From positions 1 to 64,000 of the forward strand of contig LWCA01000029.1 in NCBI GenBank assembly GCA_001642005.1: 64,000 nucleotides of DNA. Reading direction: 5' to 3'. This DNA is from Intoshia linei. Its lineage: Eukaryota > Animalia > Orthonectida. The stretch's first letter is position 1, and each line of letters starts with the position of its first letter. A program made the position numbers and the translations under genes. Positions 13,301 to 25,637 of this stretch are shown here, in pieces. The notes under the pieces are model-generated. The model saw nothing but the letters and a program-made list of their open reading frames with translations, had not been told where the DNA came from and searched no databases.

Positions 13301-14696
13301 ATGTTAATTAAACGATTTAATCAATTTTAGAGTATAGACTTGCAAAAATTTAAAAATATTTACAATAAAAAAATAACAATGGTATACGGTAAATACTAGT
13401 CAAATTGTATACATGTTAAATTAGATAAAATTGTTTGTTATGAAAGATCCAATTTAAGAAACACATTAGTCGGATCTAATGATAGTTCCATCATAAATCA
13501 CGAAGAATTGGTCAGCAATGATGACGAAATTAATATATTGAAAAGTAAAAATAACTCTTTCAGTACAAACAATGATTATAATGAAAAGTTGATACCGTCA
13601 ATTATAACAGATAGAAATTCAATCTATTCTACAAATACAGACGTAACAAATGTTGGTAGTATATCATCGAATGGACCGTTTCAAGATAAACCAATCTTTA
13701 ATTCAATTAAAGGGATTTGTCTAAATGAACTCATTCATGGTTATTATTCGTTTAGTATTTTTATTATATTTATATATTTTGTAGATAAATATGTATTGTG
13801 GAATAATAGTGACATTTGGGAAAATATTCTTTTTGACGTAATTTCTTATGAACGAGATCATTACTATATGGAATATGATAATCCTTATCTTTTAAACTTG
13901 TAAATTATTTTATTATTTTATTTACATGTTTATTTGTAGATATCGTAATTCTGATAGTACAACTAAAAAGAAAATGGAATGGTGTGAAGATTATCTACTT
14001 TCATCCGTTATTCACAATATTTTTGTTTTTATGCTCATGGTGGATATTAAAAAAACGTTTATTATTAAAAGTAAATTTTTGGGGATATTTTTTACGTAGT
14101 ACCTTTAATGTTGTCATGCAAATCAAGATAGTATATACTGTGTCCATACTAATTTCATAATTATGTTGTGGTTCTTACTACCACGTCTTTGACCTGGTGC
14201 TACGGACTTAGTATACAGGTGGTGAAAGTCATCAGTAGGAAATTATATAAAAAATTTCGTTTATTAATACATTTTTATTGATTAACAATTATTATCTTCA
14301 TTGAAAAAAATTATAATCAAATATTAAATTCTAAATATCTAAGTATGACATGTAATTTTATGGGTTAATTAATACTGTTGGTGACTTTCTGGAATTTGAA
14401 TATTTATTATTTTTTGACATGATTTTTGTTTTAAATATTTTTTTCATTCTTTGACATGAAAAAAATAATACCAAAAAATCATAAATATCGTTATTCCACT
14501 TTGTGCACAGGTTTGTAATATATCGACTAATTATATACTTTAATTTAGTGTACACAGTAAATTATAGATTTAATTATACGTAATGCTTAAATTGTTTGTA
14601 ATGTATTTAGTTATCCGAAGATTATTAGGAAAATGTCACGTTTGTTTATATTTTAGTCATTGCATTCATCAATTAATAGACAACATCAATCTATTG
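4330..14696 (+). CDS. MADD: MAP kinase-activating death domain protein (MADD/DENN/Rab3-GEF), multi-exon, 3' part not in the assembled sequence
   Basis: Exons include 4330-4811, 4863-5001, 5038-5196, 6432-6563, 6605-6718, 8968-~9128, 9427-9496, 9870-10028, 10105-~10326 ... 14611-14696. Spliced motifs LRRFP..H.DF.LP.DVVYFC.P.G, FTLTNKD...RYGVC, L.DFPFH.PFEL.GV, YMFPLIPLLP, FGNDMDSTDVATRV, LRLYPRPVVAFQ, IGDKPRWY and RRLLGK.H match MADD. Confidence 0.93.
5582..6312 (-). mobile_element. Internally deleted mariner of the DD39D (plant/oomycete, Stowaway-TIR) type in a MADD intron
   Basis: TA-flanked TIRs (A/C)TCCCTCTGTTCCG(A/C)AATAAT. The minus-strand translation with two frameshifts reads QPPNSPNMNVLDLGFFNAIQS...LDNVFLTLQQCMEETIIAKGGN-YKLSHIGKARL. 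Confidence 0.88.
8004..8200. repeat. Right end of a pogo/Tigger-like MITE, near-identical to 16120-16341
   Basis: About 175 bp almost identical to the sequence directly after the N at 16119; both copies end in ATTCCACTG|TA. Confidence 0.75.
8250..8547. mobile_element. MITE with TAAAGCTGCCAGA TIRs
   Basis: Perfect 13-bp TIRs; ACTTATA directly flanks both ends (7-bp duplication). Confidence 0.75.
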
Positions 14697-15045
14697 GTAG
14701 TTTTTATTAATATAATTATTATATAATAATTATATCCACACTGTTATGTACTTCGTACAAACAGTACCTAGCTCTGCGTAGGGCGGAATTTTTTAATACT
14801 ACGAAATAAATAAATATATATGTGAATAATAAAATCATAGAAACATTTCACAATTACCAAACATTATACTCTTCACTATTAGCAATCCTTAAAATTAGTA
14901 GTCCCCAATAAAGTAAAAACGGTACAATTATAGTTACAATTTAAATTTATGTTACACTAATCTTACATTCATGGTGGTGGCATCGAGTTGGCAGGTTCTG
15001 CTCTGCAATTAATAATTCAAAATTTCTTAAGTGTATAGTTAACAA

Positions 15046-15380
15046 CAGGGATTGGAAATAATTGATTGCAATCAATTAATTTGTATAAACCAATTAATTG
15101 TTTCCTAAATATTAATTTTTCAATTAATTGGTTTTTTTCATATAACTGAAAAAATATAAATTGAATCTTATTATTGACGAATCGTTGGATAAAAAATTAA
15201 TTAATGAACAGAAAAATGACGTATTTAACCTACTAGCTTGACTTTTATGTACTTCGAACAAACAGCATCCTAGTATTCATTATAACCACATGACAGTTTT
15301 TTAAAAATGATTATGATATTTGTATCAATCCTCAATTAATTGCAATTAAATTGGTTGCAATCAATTAATTCCAATCCCTG
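15046..15380. mobile_element. hAT MITE containing a Helitron 3'-end fragment
   Basis: TIRs CAGGGATTGGAA / TTCCAATCCCTG, perfect 8-bp TSD GTTAACAA, subterminal ATTGCAATCAATTAATT repeats. Helitron terminal hairpin at ~15233-15275. Confidence 0.9.
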
Positions 15381-15562
15381 GTTAACAATATTGAACTATA
15401 AAAATATATATTCATTATAGGTCTCAATAGGTGTAGTTATAATCTTTCTAAAAGGTGATGCTAAGAAATTTTTTTATGATGCGGCCTACCTAATAATTTT
15501 TAAAAATAATTCGACCCGCTCCCTATTTGAGTTTTACATATCTGCTCTAATAATGACATATA

Positions 15563-16118
15563 CAGTGCGCGACATAAGTCTTAAGCAGCCTACACATTAA
15601 AAATTATTCTCAATAAAAACCACTATAAAGTTAATAAGGCGCATTTTGAACTTGAAATTAAATATCACACAAATTAAAGAATGACCCCACCAATATATAA
15701 CCATACTGATGTCATAAACTACATATTAAAAGATACATTTTAATACGGTTTATTTTGCGATATTAAAAATATTGACGACATAAGTCTTAGGCACCTTGAT
15801 AATTTCAATTAAACTTAATTAAATATCCATAAAAACGAAAAAGGTAATGAATTACTAATGATCTATAAATTAAAAATAACTATTTGTTTAGTAAATGACG
15901 CGAATAAGTGACAAAAAAGATATAATGCCGTGTCTTAATGCAAGGAAGAAAAAAGTCAAGGTTTTATAATTAAAACCTTTAGTATTTCTCGATGTGTGTT
16001 TCAAAATATTAAAAAATATAAAAAGGGTTTATGCATAGCTTACTTACCATTATCAGATTGAAAACGCATGCTGACAGCCAGAGAAGAGACTATTATAATA
16101 AGGGAATCAAAGAAAAAC
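15563..16118 (+). mobile_element. Left arm and N-terminal transposase remnant of a Tc1 element, cut by the N gap
   Basis: TA|CAGTGCGCGACATAAGTCTTA end with inner direct repeat CGACATAAGTCTTA at ~15777. Translation RKRMLTAREETIIIRESKKN runs up to the N. Confidence 0.75.
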
Positions 16119-16119
16119 N
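16119..16119. other. Assembly gap (single N)
   Basis: The only N seen in the window; the sequences on either side are unrelated. Confidence 0.9.
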
Positions 16120-16556
16120 TATTAATATTTAGACTCAATTAATTTTTAAAATAAAATTTCATCATTATTTAGTATAAAATAATCTATTAAAAATACTAAT
16201 TCTTATTTCAACAGAATTATCTAAACTTAAAATGTAATGAAGTTTTGATTATCTATATGTACTAAAGTTAAATTTACCATTTTGCTGTATGTATAATCGA
16301 CTGTATGTATAATTGACTGTATGTATGCTCGAGATTCCACTGTATGTAAAATTGATCATCATCACTAAAAATACCTTTGATTTGCATTTTTACGTCTTCC
16401 AATTGTATATTGTGCTAATGGAATTTAAAAAAAATTAAATAAAATTTTAAGTATGGTGACACACAAAAATGTCACGACACACCGGTTGGAAAGCACTGGA
16501 TTATAGGATGATATTTTATGAGTCTATGGTTTTCTTGATTTAAAGATTTATTTTAA

Positions 16557-16740
16557 TTGATTCATCCTACTGTCTGGAAGCTCATTGTAAAACTCAAGGA
16601 AGAACATGAATTCCAACGTGGTATATACATTAATGCAATAGCTGGTGAATCGCCTAACAAAAGATTGCATTATGAAATTAAAAAATTTCATATAAAAAGA
16701 ATAATGTTGTATCACACAGAAATAATGAGTACCATAAATG
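16557..16740 (+). mobile_element. MULE-like transposase C-terminal remnant
   Basis: HPTVWKLIVKLKEE motif typical of MULE/FLYWCH-type transposase C-termini. Confidence 0.5.
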
Positions 16741-16924
16741 CTTTATCTTTTATATTATTTATGTTAACTAATATACATATTTCATCTTTCAATTTCAATC
16801 ACAAAATTATCCATTTAACTTTGCTATTTCTATTAATTTTTAATTATATTTTAATTTCAGTTAAATTCAAATCGTGATAAAAACAAACGTGATTATAATC
16901 ATAGTGATAAAATTGATTGACATG

Positions 16925-17681
16925 CATCGGGGTATATATCATATAAAAAAATTAAAAAAACCCTTATATCTATAAAGATGAAACAATCCAGGAGGGAATG
17001 GGCAAAAAAGTATGAAAGTTGGACTGAACATGATTGAAGCAAGGTAATTCATTTATATTTACAAAAATATATAAATATTCACTAATTTTTAATTATATTT
17101 TAATTAATAAAATTCAAGTTAATTTACGGATTTATAGGTCATATTTTCTGACGAATCTATAACTGTGATGGCTGACAGACCATTAAATGTACGGACAAGG
17201 TCAAATGAAGAATTTAGACCAGACTATCAAATAAACTGTAACATTTCCATGTAAGGTTATGATTTGAGAGCTATATCTGTTATGGGTATTAGCAAAATAC
17301 AGATTGTGGAAGGTAAAATGGACCAAAAAGTTTAAAATTATTTTTAAATGAAATAATTGAATGGAATACAAATGTAGTATGTGTATTATAGCAAGATTCA
17401 GCTTCTTAGCACAAAGCTAAATCCATCACTTGCTATTTTGAGGATAAGGGTATTTCTGTCCTGGAAATTGGCCAGACATGAATTCTATATAAATTTTGTG
17501 GTCGAAATTGAAAGATGAGGTCCACCAAATTGAAATTAGAACAAAATCTGAATTGATTAATCGCATTCGTTTTGTCTGGAGCAAATCATCTACAATTAAA
17601 GAACTATCTAAGTCTTATACATTCAATGCCTCGCAGCATTAAATCCCTAATCAACGCTAAAGAAGGAACCACAAAGTATTA
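16925..17681 (+). mobile_element. Degenerate Tc1 transposase catalytic region with an internal intron
   Basis: SRREWAKKYESWT..D*SK|VIFSDES, *QDSAS*HKAK, LWSKLKDEV, SMPRSIKSLINAKEGTTKY*. GT-AG intron at 17044-17137. Confidence 0.85.
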
Positions 17682-17826
17682 AATGTATAAAAATAAAGAT
17701 AAATATGTATTTAACCCGTAATTAAAAATTTATTTTATTTGGTCTACTCATTAATATAATATTAACCAATCAATAAGTATACATAAATTATTATAATATT
17801 ATGATAAACCCTGTATAATAAAAAAC

Positions 17827-20800
17827 CTGTAATTCAAATAAAACATCATTAAAAGATAATTCTGAACAAGCAGCCACATATGTATTCAATTCATCCTGAC
17901 TTATTTTCTAAAAATTCAATAAAATAAAACTAGTCAAAAAATACTCCTGCTATAGTATAAACATCATTGACTGTAATTTTCATATTTCCTTTACTTATAA
18001 TGGATGAAATACACTGCAAATACGAAATAGCGCGTCGCATATCTCCTTCCGATATTTTGACAACAGCTTCAATGATCTACATACAATTTAGATTCATATC
18101 ATTTTAGAGATATCATATCATCAGTCGGTTTTAAATCTTATTTTTAACAACAATAAAAATTTAAATTTTGGCTAAACAATCAGAGCAGATCTTAATATGT
18201 TCGAGGCCTGTAAATAAAAAATGACCCTAAAAACATTGTTAAATTAGTTAAATCAGCTGTATAAAATTTCTAGGATCGTAATGTAAATAAATAAAAAATA
18301 AATTACATCCGAATTAACATTCACATTTTCTAAGGTGCAAATATTAGAAAGGTGTTTAAAAATATATTCAATTGGTATTGAATCAAATCTACATTTTACA
18401 CATCTCGATACAATAGGATCGATTATTCTGCTGACATAATTACAAATTAAACAAAATCTAGTCGATTTTGAATTTATTTCCATTATTCTACGTAGTGATG
18501 ACTAAATAAGTAGATTAGTAATACATTTCTTCATCAGTTTCCTTTAAAATATGGGAAATTGGTTTCAAAGTATTTCGTAACTTATTGTAACATTTATTTT
18601 AACTTATTAGTCTTTAAAAAAAAAAGCCACATGGACGCCTAAAAATAATAATTTGTAAATACAGAAAATAACTGAAATATTACATTCCAAAGAATAAAAT
18701 TCCTCAAACAATTATGTGGTATCAATGATACCTTAATAATCTTAAAATATTTCAAAAACACCATGGATATATGGAACACTCTAATGACCATTCGCCCAAG
18801 TTCATTAATACTAGATATCTTTTTAAAGCTTAAATGCGTAAAAAAGTAGTTTAAATAATACCTGAGCATCTTTAGTCATACAATCCGCTTCATCCAATAT
18901 AATAATTTTTATAGCTGGACAATATTTACCACTAAAAAATCAATAAATTCACTTTATAATTACATTCTTAGTCCTACAAAACATGACACACGTTTCAAAT
19001 TTTGATAAAAATTTTGTCTAGCTTTTTAGTGCCATAAATATAAATTTTAGAAATGAGCATTGCGCACAATCCCATCAAAACGTATTCTATCTCACAATTA
19101 GTTAAAAATTTAACTGGAATTGAAAACTAAATTAATAATCATTGATCAATAATTATATTAAGAAAGTTGTGCCAATATAAAAAAATATATAAAATGTTTT
19201 GTTTAGTACTCCTCTGTTTTGTTTCCCACCTGAAGTTTCGCAAAGGTTTTTACCTAAAATAAAAAATATTAATAAAATGCAACAAAGTTTGTCAACTTAT
19301 ACATTCAAAACTGTCATAAACGGAAAAAAACAATTCAAAATTCTATATACATATTATTATGACTTAACTTCATACAATTGTTCAAAGTATAATTGATTAC
19401 TTTTTCTCTTACAATTTTAATTCCTCTATCATCAGAAGCATTCAATTCCAAGACACGATCACTGTAACTAGTCCTAAATGTAAAATGTACAATCTATACA
19501 GATCCTTACTTATTATAAAACGCTTTGTTTGTCTGTGTGTCACACATTTATTATGTGTTATTGTTTATTTCAATAACTACGAGTCTTATAATTTTCTAAG
19601 TCTAAAGTCCACATTTTTATTACAGTTTTTTCCGCGTGAAAATAAGATAAATTTCAACCTCCGAAACTCATACCTTACGGATCAAAACCCCAATTATCCT
19701 TTTTTTGAAAATCAAACGAGTTTGAGTATTTAAAAAAATATACACTCTGATACAGATTTTAAAATCATAAACATTACCATAAATTTAAATTCAAAAATAT
19801 TATATCTTCAGGGCCAAAACCCCAAATTACCCTTCCTTTTTTTTGAAAACAGGTTAGAATTTAAAAAAATTCCAATCCAAATAAGTGACGTCTTCACGGT
19901 CAAAAAAACACTTTAGTACTTATTTGTATTTTTTTTATTTCCAAACTATTTTATTAAAACAAAAAATGTGAAATAATTAACGGTCCGATAATTAAAAAAA
20001 AAGATTATTGTGATACAGCTTATTCCAGTTGATATAAATACAAAATTTCAAACCCAGAAAACTACGCATTGCCGGTGAAAAATAATTTTTAATATGTTAT
20101 CAACCAATATTTTTCAAATATTTCGATTAAAATATATATTAATGAAATTAAATTTAATGAGATTAAATGAAAATATATTGAAAATGTAAATATTGATCCT
20201 ACAATTTAAAAAAGTGTTGAACTTCTACACATTTCCAATAAAGAAATATGGATGAAAATCTATATAATTCATTCCTTCGGGTTTTTTTTCATTGCTACGC
20301 AATTTTTCATTTTCAAAAAATTGAACGAAATTTATTTTAAAATTACAGCAACTAAAAATAAAACTTTGTTATTATCATTTTAGTATTTATTTTAATGCTT
20401 TGCAACATTGGTAAAATTCATCTCAAATATGTTTTTAAACTTCTGTTTCCGTTAATTATTGATACGTTATTAGTATTTTTAATTATTTATTAAATTAGTA
20501 ATGAATTATGTGAGATTAATTTTAAATTTTTAATGTTAAAATAAGATAAGCCCACCTTCGGCAGAGCTAGGTGTGTTTGTACATAGTACAAAACAGTTAT
20601 GCTAGTCCATTATAAAAGACCAATGTTAAACTATAATAGGTTCTAATACATTTTTTAGCCAGAAAAATAAGTAAAAACATTTATTGTCTCCAGTTATATG
20701 AAACCCAATTTAGAATAAATAAATAAAAAAAAACCCAAATAAATCTCTACAAGTAGCTAAAATTGTTGATGTTTTTCCTGTACCAGGAGAACCATAAAAA

Positions 20801-21122
20801 AGAAAATTTGGTATCTAAAGTTGATTAATAAAAAGTATATTCAATTAAAATACATCATTTCCAGCAACACATTTTTTTATGCTATTGGTAATGTCATCAT
20901 GATATATAACTTTGCTTATATCTTTAGGACGACTAAAATAAATACATTTTATGATTTATTATAAACGATATTTAGGAATGAAATAACGTTTAAAAAAATA
21001 AAAAATATTTAAAAACAATGAAACATAAAAATAATGATAATACTACATAATGTGCTTTGTAAGTTAATTATAAAAGAAATATTATACTATTTTTCCGTCC
21101 AAGTTATGTCCAATTTTTTCAT
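17827..21122 (-). CDS. RFC4: Replication factor C subunit 4 (clamp loader), multi-exon, C-terminal exons missing
   Basis: Spliced translation [121 protein letters not shown]. Confidence 0.93.
19503..20605 (+). mobile_element. Full-length non-autonomous Helitron in an RFC4 intron
   Basis: A|TCCTTACTTATTATAA 5' end, GTTTGTCTGTGTGT microsatellite, 3' hairpin GTTTGTAC-ATA-GTACAAAAC, then GCTAG|T. Confidence 0.88.
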
Positions 21123-21304
21123 TTCAAAGTTCAAGCTAGTAATGTCATAGCAATTTAATTTCTATTGTATAATAAATCAAGATAAAAATTTAAATGATGA
21201 AATGTTAAAATGAAGGAAAATGAGGTAAATATGTCAATTTTGAATTTAGTAATTCATAAAACACGCCAAGAAAAGACCATCGTTATACTGCATATATATA
21301 TAAA

Positions 21305-21930
21305 CTAGCTTGGATGTTGTACTTCGTATAAACAGCACCTGGGTCTGCGGAGGGCTGATTTTTTGATTTTAGCAAAAAAATAAAATCTTAGATAAAAATG
21401 CTAAATTTCATTATTACCAATTTGTTAAACGAATGATTCCAAACGTGTGAAGACAATTTTTTATTTTTAACCCTAGGATCATTAATTATATCAAATTTTT
21501 TGTTTTAATGAAATAATTACTAAAAAAAGAGTAAACAGTAAATTGCTTTTGTTGAAAATGAAAGTTTAACTTAACACTATAAGTGTATATAATTCATAAA
21601 AGTAGTTGGAAAATATAAAAATGCTAAAAAATTTCAAATTATAAAATTAGCTCACGCATAGTGTTAACATTGAAACTTTTTAGGTATGTTAATTCGATAA
21701 ATCTGTATTATGTCATCTTTTTTTAAATTCTATGACTTGGTTTTTTTAATTATATAAAATAACTACAATACAGAGACAGACACGCAAAAAAATAGTTTTA
21801 TAAAAGTTAACATGGGTTATTTTGGGTTTTGACCATGAAAGTATAAATTTTTGAAATTGAAATTTATGATGTTGATGATTTTAAAAACTTTTGTATACAT
21901 GTATTTGTAGTTCTCGTTGGATTTTCAAAT
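21305..21930 (-). mobile_element. Degenerate Helitron family copy upstream of RFC4
   Basis: A|CTAG plus the hairpin and AACAGCACCT.G.TCTGCGGAGGGC terminal motif; internal family fragments extend to ~21930. Confidence 0.7.
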
Positions 21931-23179
21931 TACGTCCTAAATTTAAATATACAGGCATTAGTCAAATAAGCATATAAATACAAGTTTAATCTGAAAAAAT
22001 TTTTTAGATGAAGGATTCAAATTGTAATAAAATGAAAAAGTAAAATTTAATATTTTAATGTCATTTAATTAATTAGGAATGTTAGCAGATGTAATATAAA
22101 TTATTCAAAAATCAAGTATATTCCAAGAATTGACACATGGAAAGATTTTGATGAAATTGTAATACAGTATACATAGTATTCTCTCTTTTATTGGGATTTA
22201 CATAATTATAAAAAGTTTAGAATATAGTTCCACAATAACCATATATAAAACTATTTATTTTGATTCGATAATTTTCATGTCCCATTTCACATACTCCCTG
22301 TAATTAAAACTTTAATTAAAAAAATTATGAAAATTAGTGGATTTGCGAACTACTGAACTGACAAATAAAGTAGAGAGAATGCTTTATTTTGTACAAGTCG
22401 GTTGGTTACATTTAAATTACAGTGGAGAATGAAGGGATAACTTTGTATTAGTTTCAAATCTTATTACTTGGTATGTACTACATACTATGTAGATATATTG
22501 AAAAGTTTAATGTCAAGACTAAAAGGATGGAATTTTATCTTGGATAGTACAAATGTACTTATTATATATATATATATATATATAGATCCTTCCGAATCGT
22601 GCGATCGAGTCGGAAGTTTCCACCGTGTTGTAGAACTCTACTACATAGTTTTCCACTGCACATATTATTTTAAAAGTATTTATAATTTGGTAGATATCCG
22701 AAAGAAATTCCAACTATTTTAATCAAAATATGTCACCAAAACGATCAAAATGTATGAGCCAAGTAATTTATTGTTTATAGGGGTGGTAGTTTTTACCTTT
22801 AATTCTTTTCACATATCTTACAATATAAATACTATACATAATTAAGTCTTCCATTTATCAGATAAACCATTTTCTTATCATTAGGGCCGTAAACAGTCAA
22901 TAAATCAGTTTTTGATATCAATAAGAATAAAATTATAGATACATGTTACTAATCTTATGTTATGTTATTATTCATACACTAATTAACATTTGTGAACTGT
23001 AAATAGACAATGTTTCTATTATTTTTATTTGATTTCATCATGGAATTGGTATAAATCATTCCTCGTTATTATGTGTAAAGGAGTGGTTACCGAATTATAA
23101 TTTCTACCGTGTAATTGTTATGTAATCGATTCATAAGGTTAGACATAAATTATTTTTATCGATCAAATGTTCTCATTTT

Positions 23180-23780
23180 AAATCACGTTCAATACCGATC
23201 AAGCTTTGAGATGCATTAATTTAATTTATGAAATGGGAAATTAAAAAAAATGGTTTGGAAAATGTCAAAAACTAAGAGTGTTTAATCAACAATAATGTAA
23301 ATGTAAACAAAGACAGCTTAAACCTACTATTTACATACTATTGATTTGTATTATAGAGACTACTCTAAAAGATTGTTTAAAAATTGACGACAAACTAAGT
23401 GACACCCAAAATAGTATTATTTTATTTGTAAGTGGTTATATAACGTTCAAAAAAAAATTGCTAGAAATGGATATTACTGAACATAACATTTCAAAAGAGA
23501 TTGAATTTCTAGATTTTGTTTCAAGGTGAAAATTGAAAATACCCAATTTTGAACTGTACCTTTTTTCCCAATCTTGCTATAAATTTTAATTACAAATGCA
23601 GTCTAAAAAATGCATAAACTTTTTAATCAAAAGTTTTATTATAATCTATGATAACGGCTTTTTTTCTTTTGTTACGGATGACATGACAAAAACAAAATGT
23701 TTGCGTAGCTTAAGAAATTGTTTCATGAAGTGGTGGTAATTACGATGAAAAAAAATTTTCCAATATATATAATCAAGAAA
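23180..23780 (+). mobile_element. P-element/THAP9-like transposase C-terminal remnant
   Basis: ILFVSGYITFKKK and EFLDFVSR*KLKIPN resemble the Y(V/I)AGY..K and SRGGL..P motifs of P-type transposases; several stops. Confidence 0.55.
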
Positions 23781-24288
23781 AAAGAATGAAAATTTAACTA
23801 TTTGATGTTATTTTATTATTATATTGTATTTTTCATTGTATTGTATATTTTATTTTGTGAAATGAAATCAAAATTTATAACTATTCATTTAAACTAAAAA
23901 TATTAAGTTTTTTTATAATTTGATTGATTAATAACCAATCTAATATCCTAAAATTATTTTTTTTGTCAAGTCTTTCACTTGCCTAATAATCTTAGAGAAA
24001 AAAAAATTCCGCCTACAATCTTAATTACTAGAATGTATCGTATTCCGTCTTAGTTTAAGCTGAATTTGATGTAAATAATATAAAAATAAAAACACAATGA
24101 AGTTACGTTTAAATTGAAAATGAAATTCCATGGTTACATTTTTAATAACAGTTTTATTTATTCATAAAATCATGCATTGCTTAGTTTCCATTACTACAAT
24201 AATTTTCGAATTGTAATTTTAAGATTGATTTGTATCTTAACACATTTTATTGAAATTGTGGTGCAAATTGATTATTGAATAATTTACG

Positions 24289-25144
24289 ATGCATAAACCA
24301 CCATATGAATATAAATATTTTGTATTGTGATATTCGGAAATTCTTCAAATTTAGCCTTTTCAAAAATATAGTTAGTGAATATACTATAAAAATGTCAAAG
24401 ACAGATTGAATGAGTCCAAGTTGACTATTAAATTTATATTATTGGTTAAACATTTTGTGTAATTCATTTACAAAAAATTTGTTAATGATTATTTTCTAGC
24501 TAATCAGTAATAAAAATAACATCAACTCGAATCAAATTGGTATAGTATTTAAAATAAACGACAATGTAAACCTTCCAACACCTACAGGTAAAAATTATAA
24601 AGATTTAATATTTCAGCTCGATAAAAATTATTGATGTATTTTTATTTAGTTTCATATGCAATTTTTCCCATCCATAGTAACATAAATGTTAGTCTCCAAA
24701 AGTTAGAATTTAAGTTTTTGGGGACTTAAAAAATAGACTTGTAAAAATGCACTAACATATAAAGAAATAATACAATTGTCAGACAGTAATGCAGACTATA
24801 ATTAAGTCCAATATTGTCATCGATTCTGCATATCGTATAATTTTTGTCTATAGAATTTAATCCTTTGTTTATATTTAATTTAAAAATTTTTTCACAGAGG
24901 TACAATGTACTTTGTGAAGAACAGATTAACTGATTTTATAAATATAAAAATAAAATGTTTAGCCGATAGTAATATTGTCCACCAATTTACCCCACCTACT
25001 AGAAAAAAACTTAGAAAATATGCCATGCTAAATTGCAGTAGTTTAAATTGTAATGCAAAAGGTATTCATTCGAATTATTGGACCGATGAAAAGCCATTTT
25101 GTAATGTGAAATGTTATCAAAAATATTTAGGGTATATTTTATAA
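24289..25144 (+). CDS. Small (~100 aa) protein with a C-terminal C-x4-C...C-x3-C-Y HIT-type zinc finger, INO80B/IES2-like
   Basis: Proposed exons 24289-24321, 24500-24587 and 24963-25144 (GT-AG, phases compatible). The C-terminus CSSLNC...TDEKPFCNVKCYQ resembles INO80B CSVPGC...TGQALCSLQCYR. The first exon is tentative. Confidence 0.5.
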
Positions 25145-25637
25145 ATTGTAGTTAATTATTTATTCATGCCTTGAAATTAAATTAGAATTTTTGGTTGATT
25201 TCCTAATGATTTATTTTATTTTTGTATATATCAACCTGAATCTAATTAAAATTATTTAGATATTTGTATGAAATTAATATCACCGAAAATTGTTTCAATA
25301 CATTTTAATTCATTTTTAATTCATACATTTTGTTAGAAATTTTTATTATTAAACATCTATACTGTTCAAGAATTTGTAATATTTGTTCAATCTCTGGAAA
25401 TTATTTTTCTGGAATGGAAGAATGGACAGAATAGTAATTTATTTTTAATATTGTTGCTCGTGAAATTATCCGTGCTAGTATTTTATAGTGTGGCCCGATA
25501 CTATACCATGACCCATAAAACCTGATTTGGCAATGCAACTTGGAACTTAAAACAGATTACATTACCGTCTTAAATGTAATGGAAATTAAAAAGTAATTGA
25601 TTTGATTAAAAATTTAATATTATTAATTCATTCCTAA

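Noticed and set aside
14200-14245. Second CTGATGA (minus strand) hammerhead candidate
   Set aside because: Stem II is not closed by GAAA and there is no NUH cleavage geometry.
15563-17815. Treating both Tc1 pieces as one element interrupted by nested insertions
   Set aside because: They are separated by the N gap, and no right TIR matching CAGTGCGCGACATAAG was found.
22561-22680. (TA)n followed by a CTTCCGA...TCGGAAG hairpin and two short antiparallel ORFs
   Set aside because: Single copy with only a 7-bp stem and no recognisable RNA or protein motif; insufficient support.
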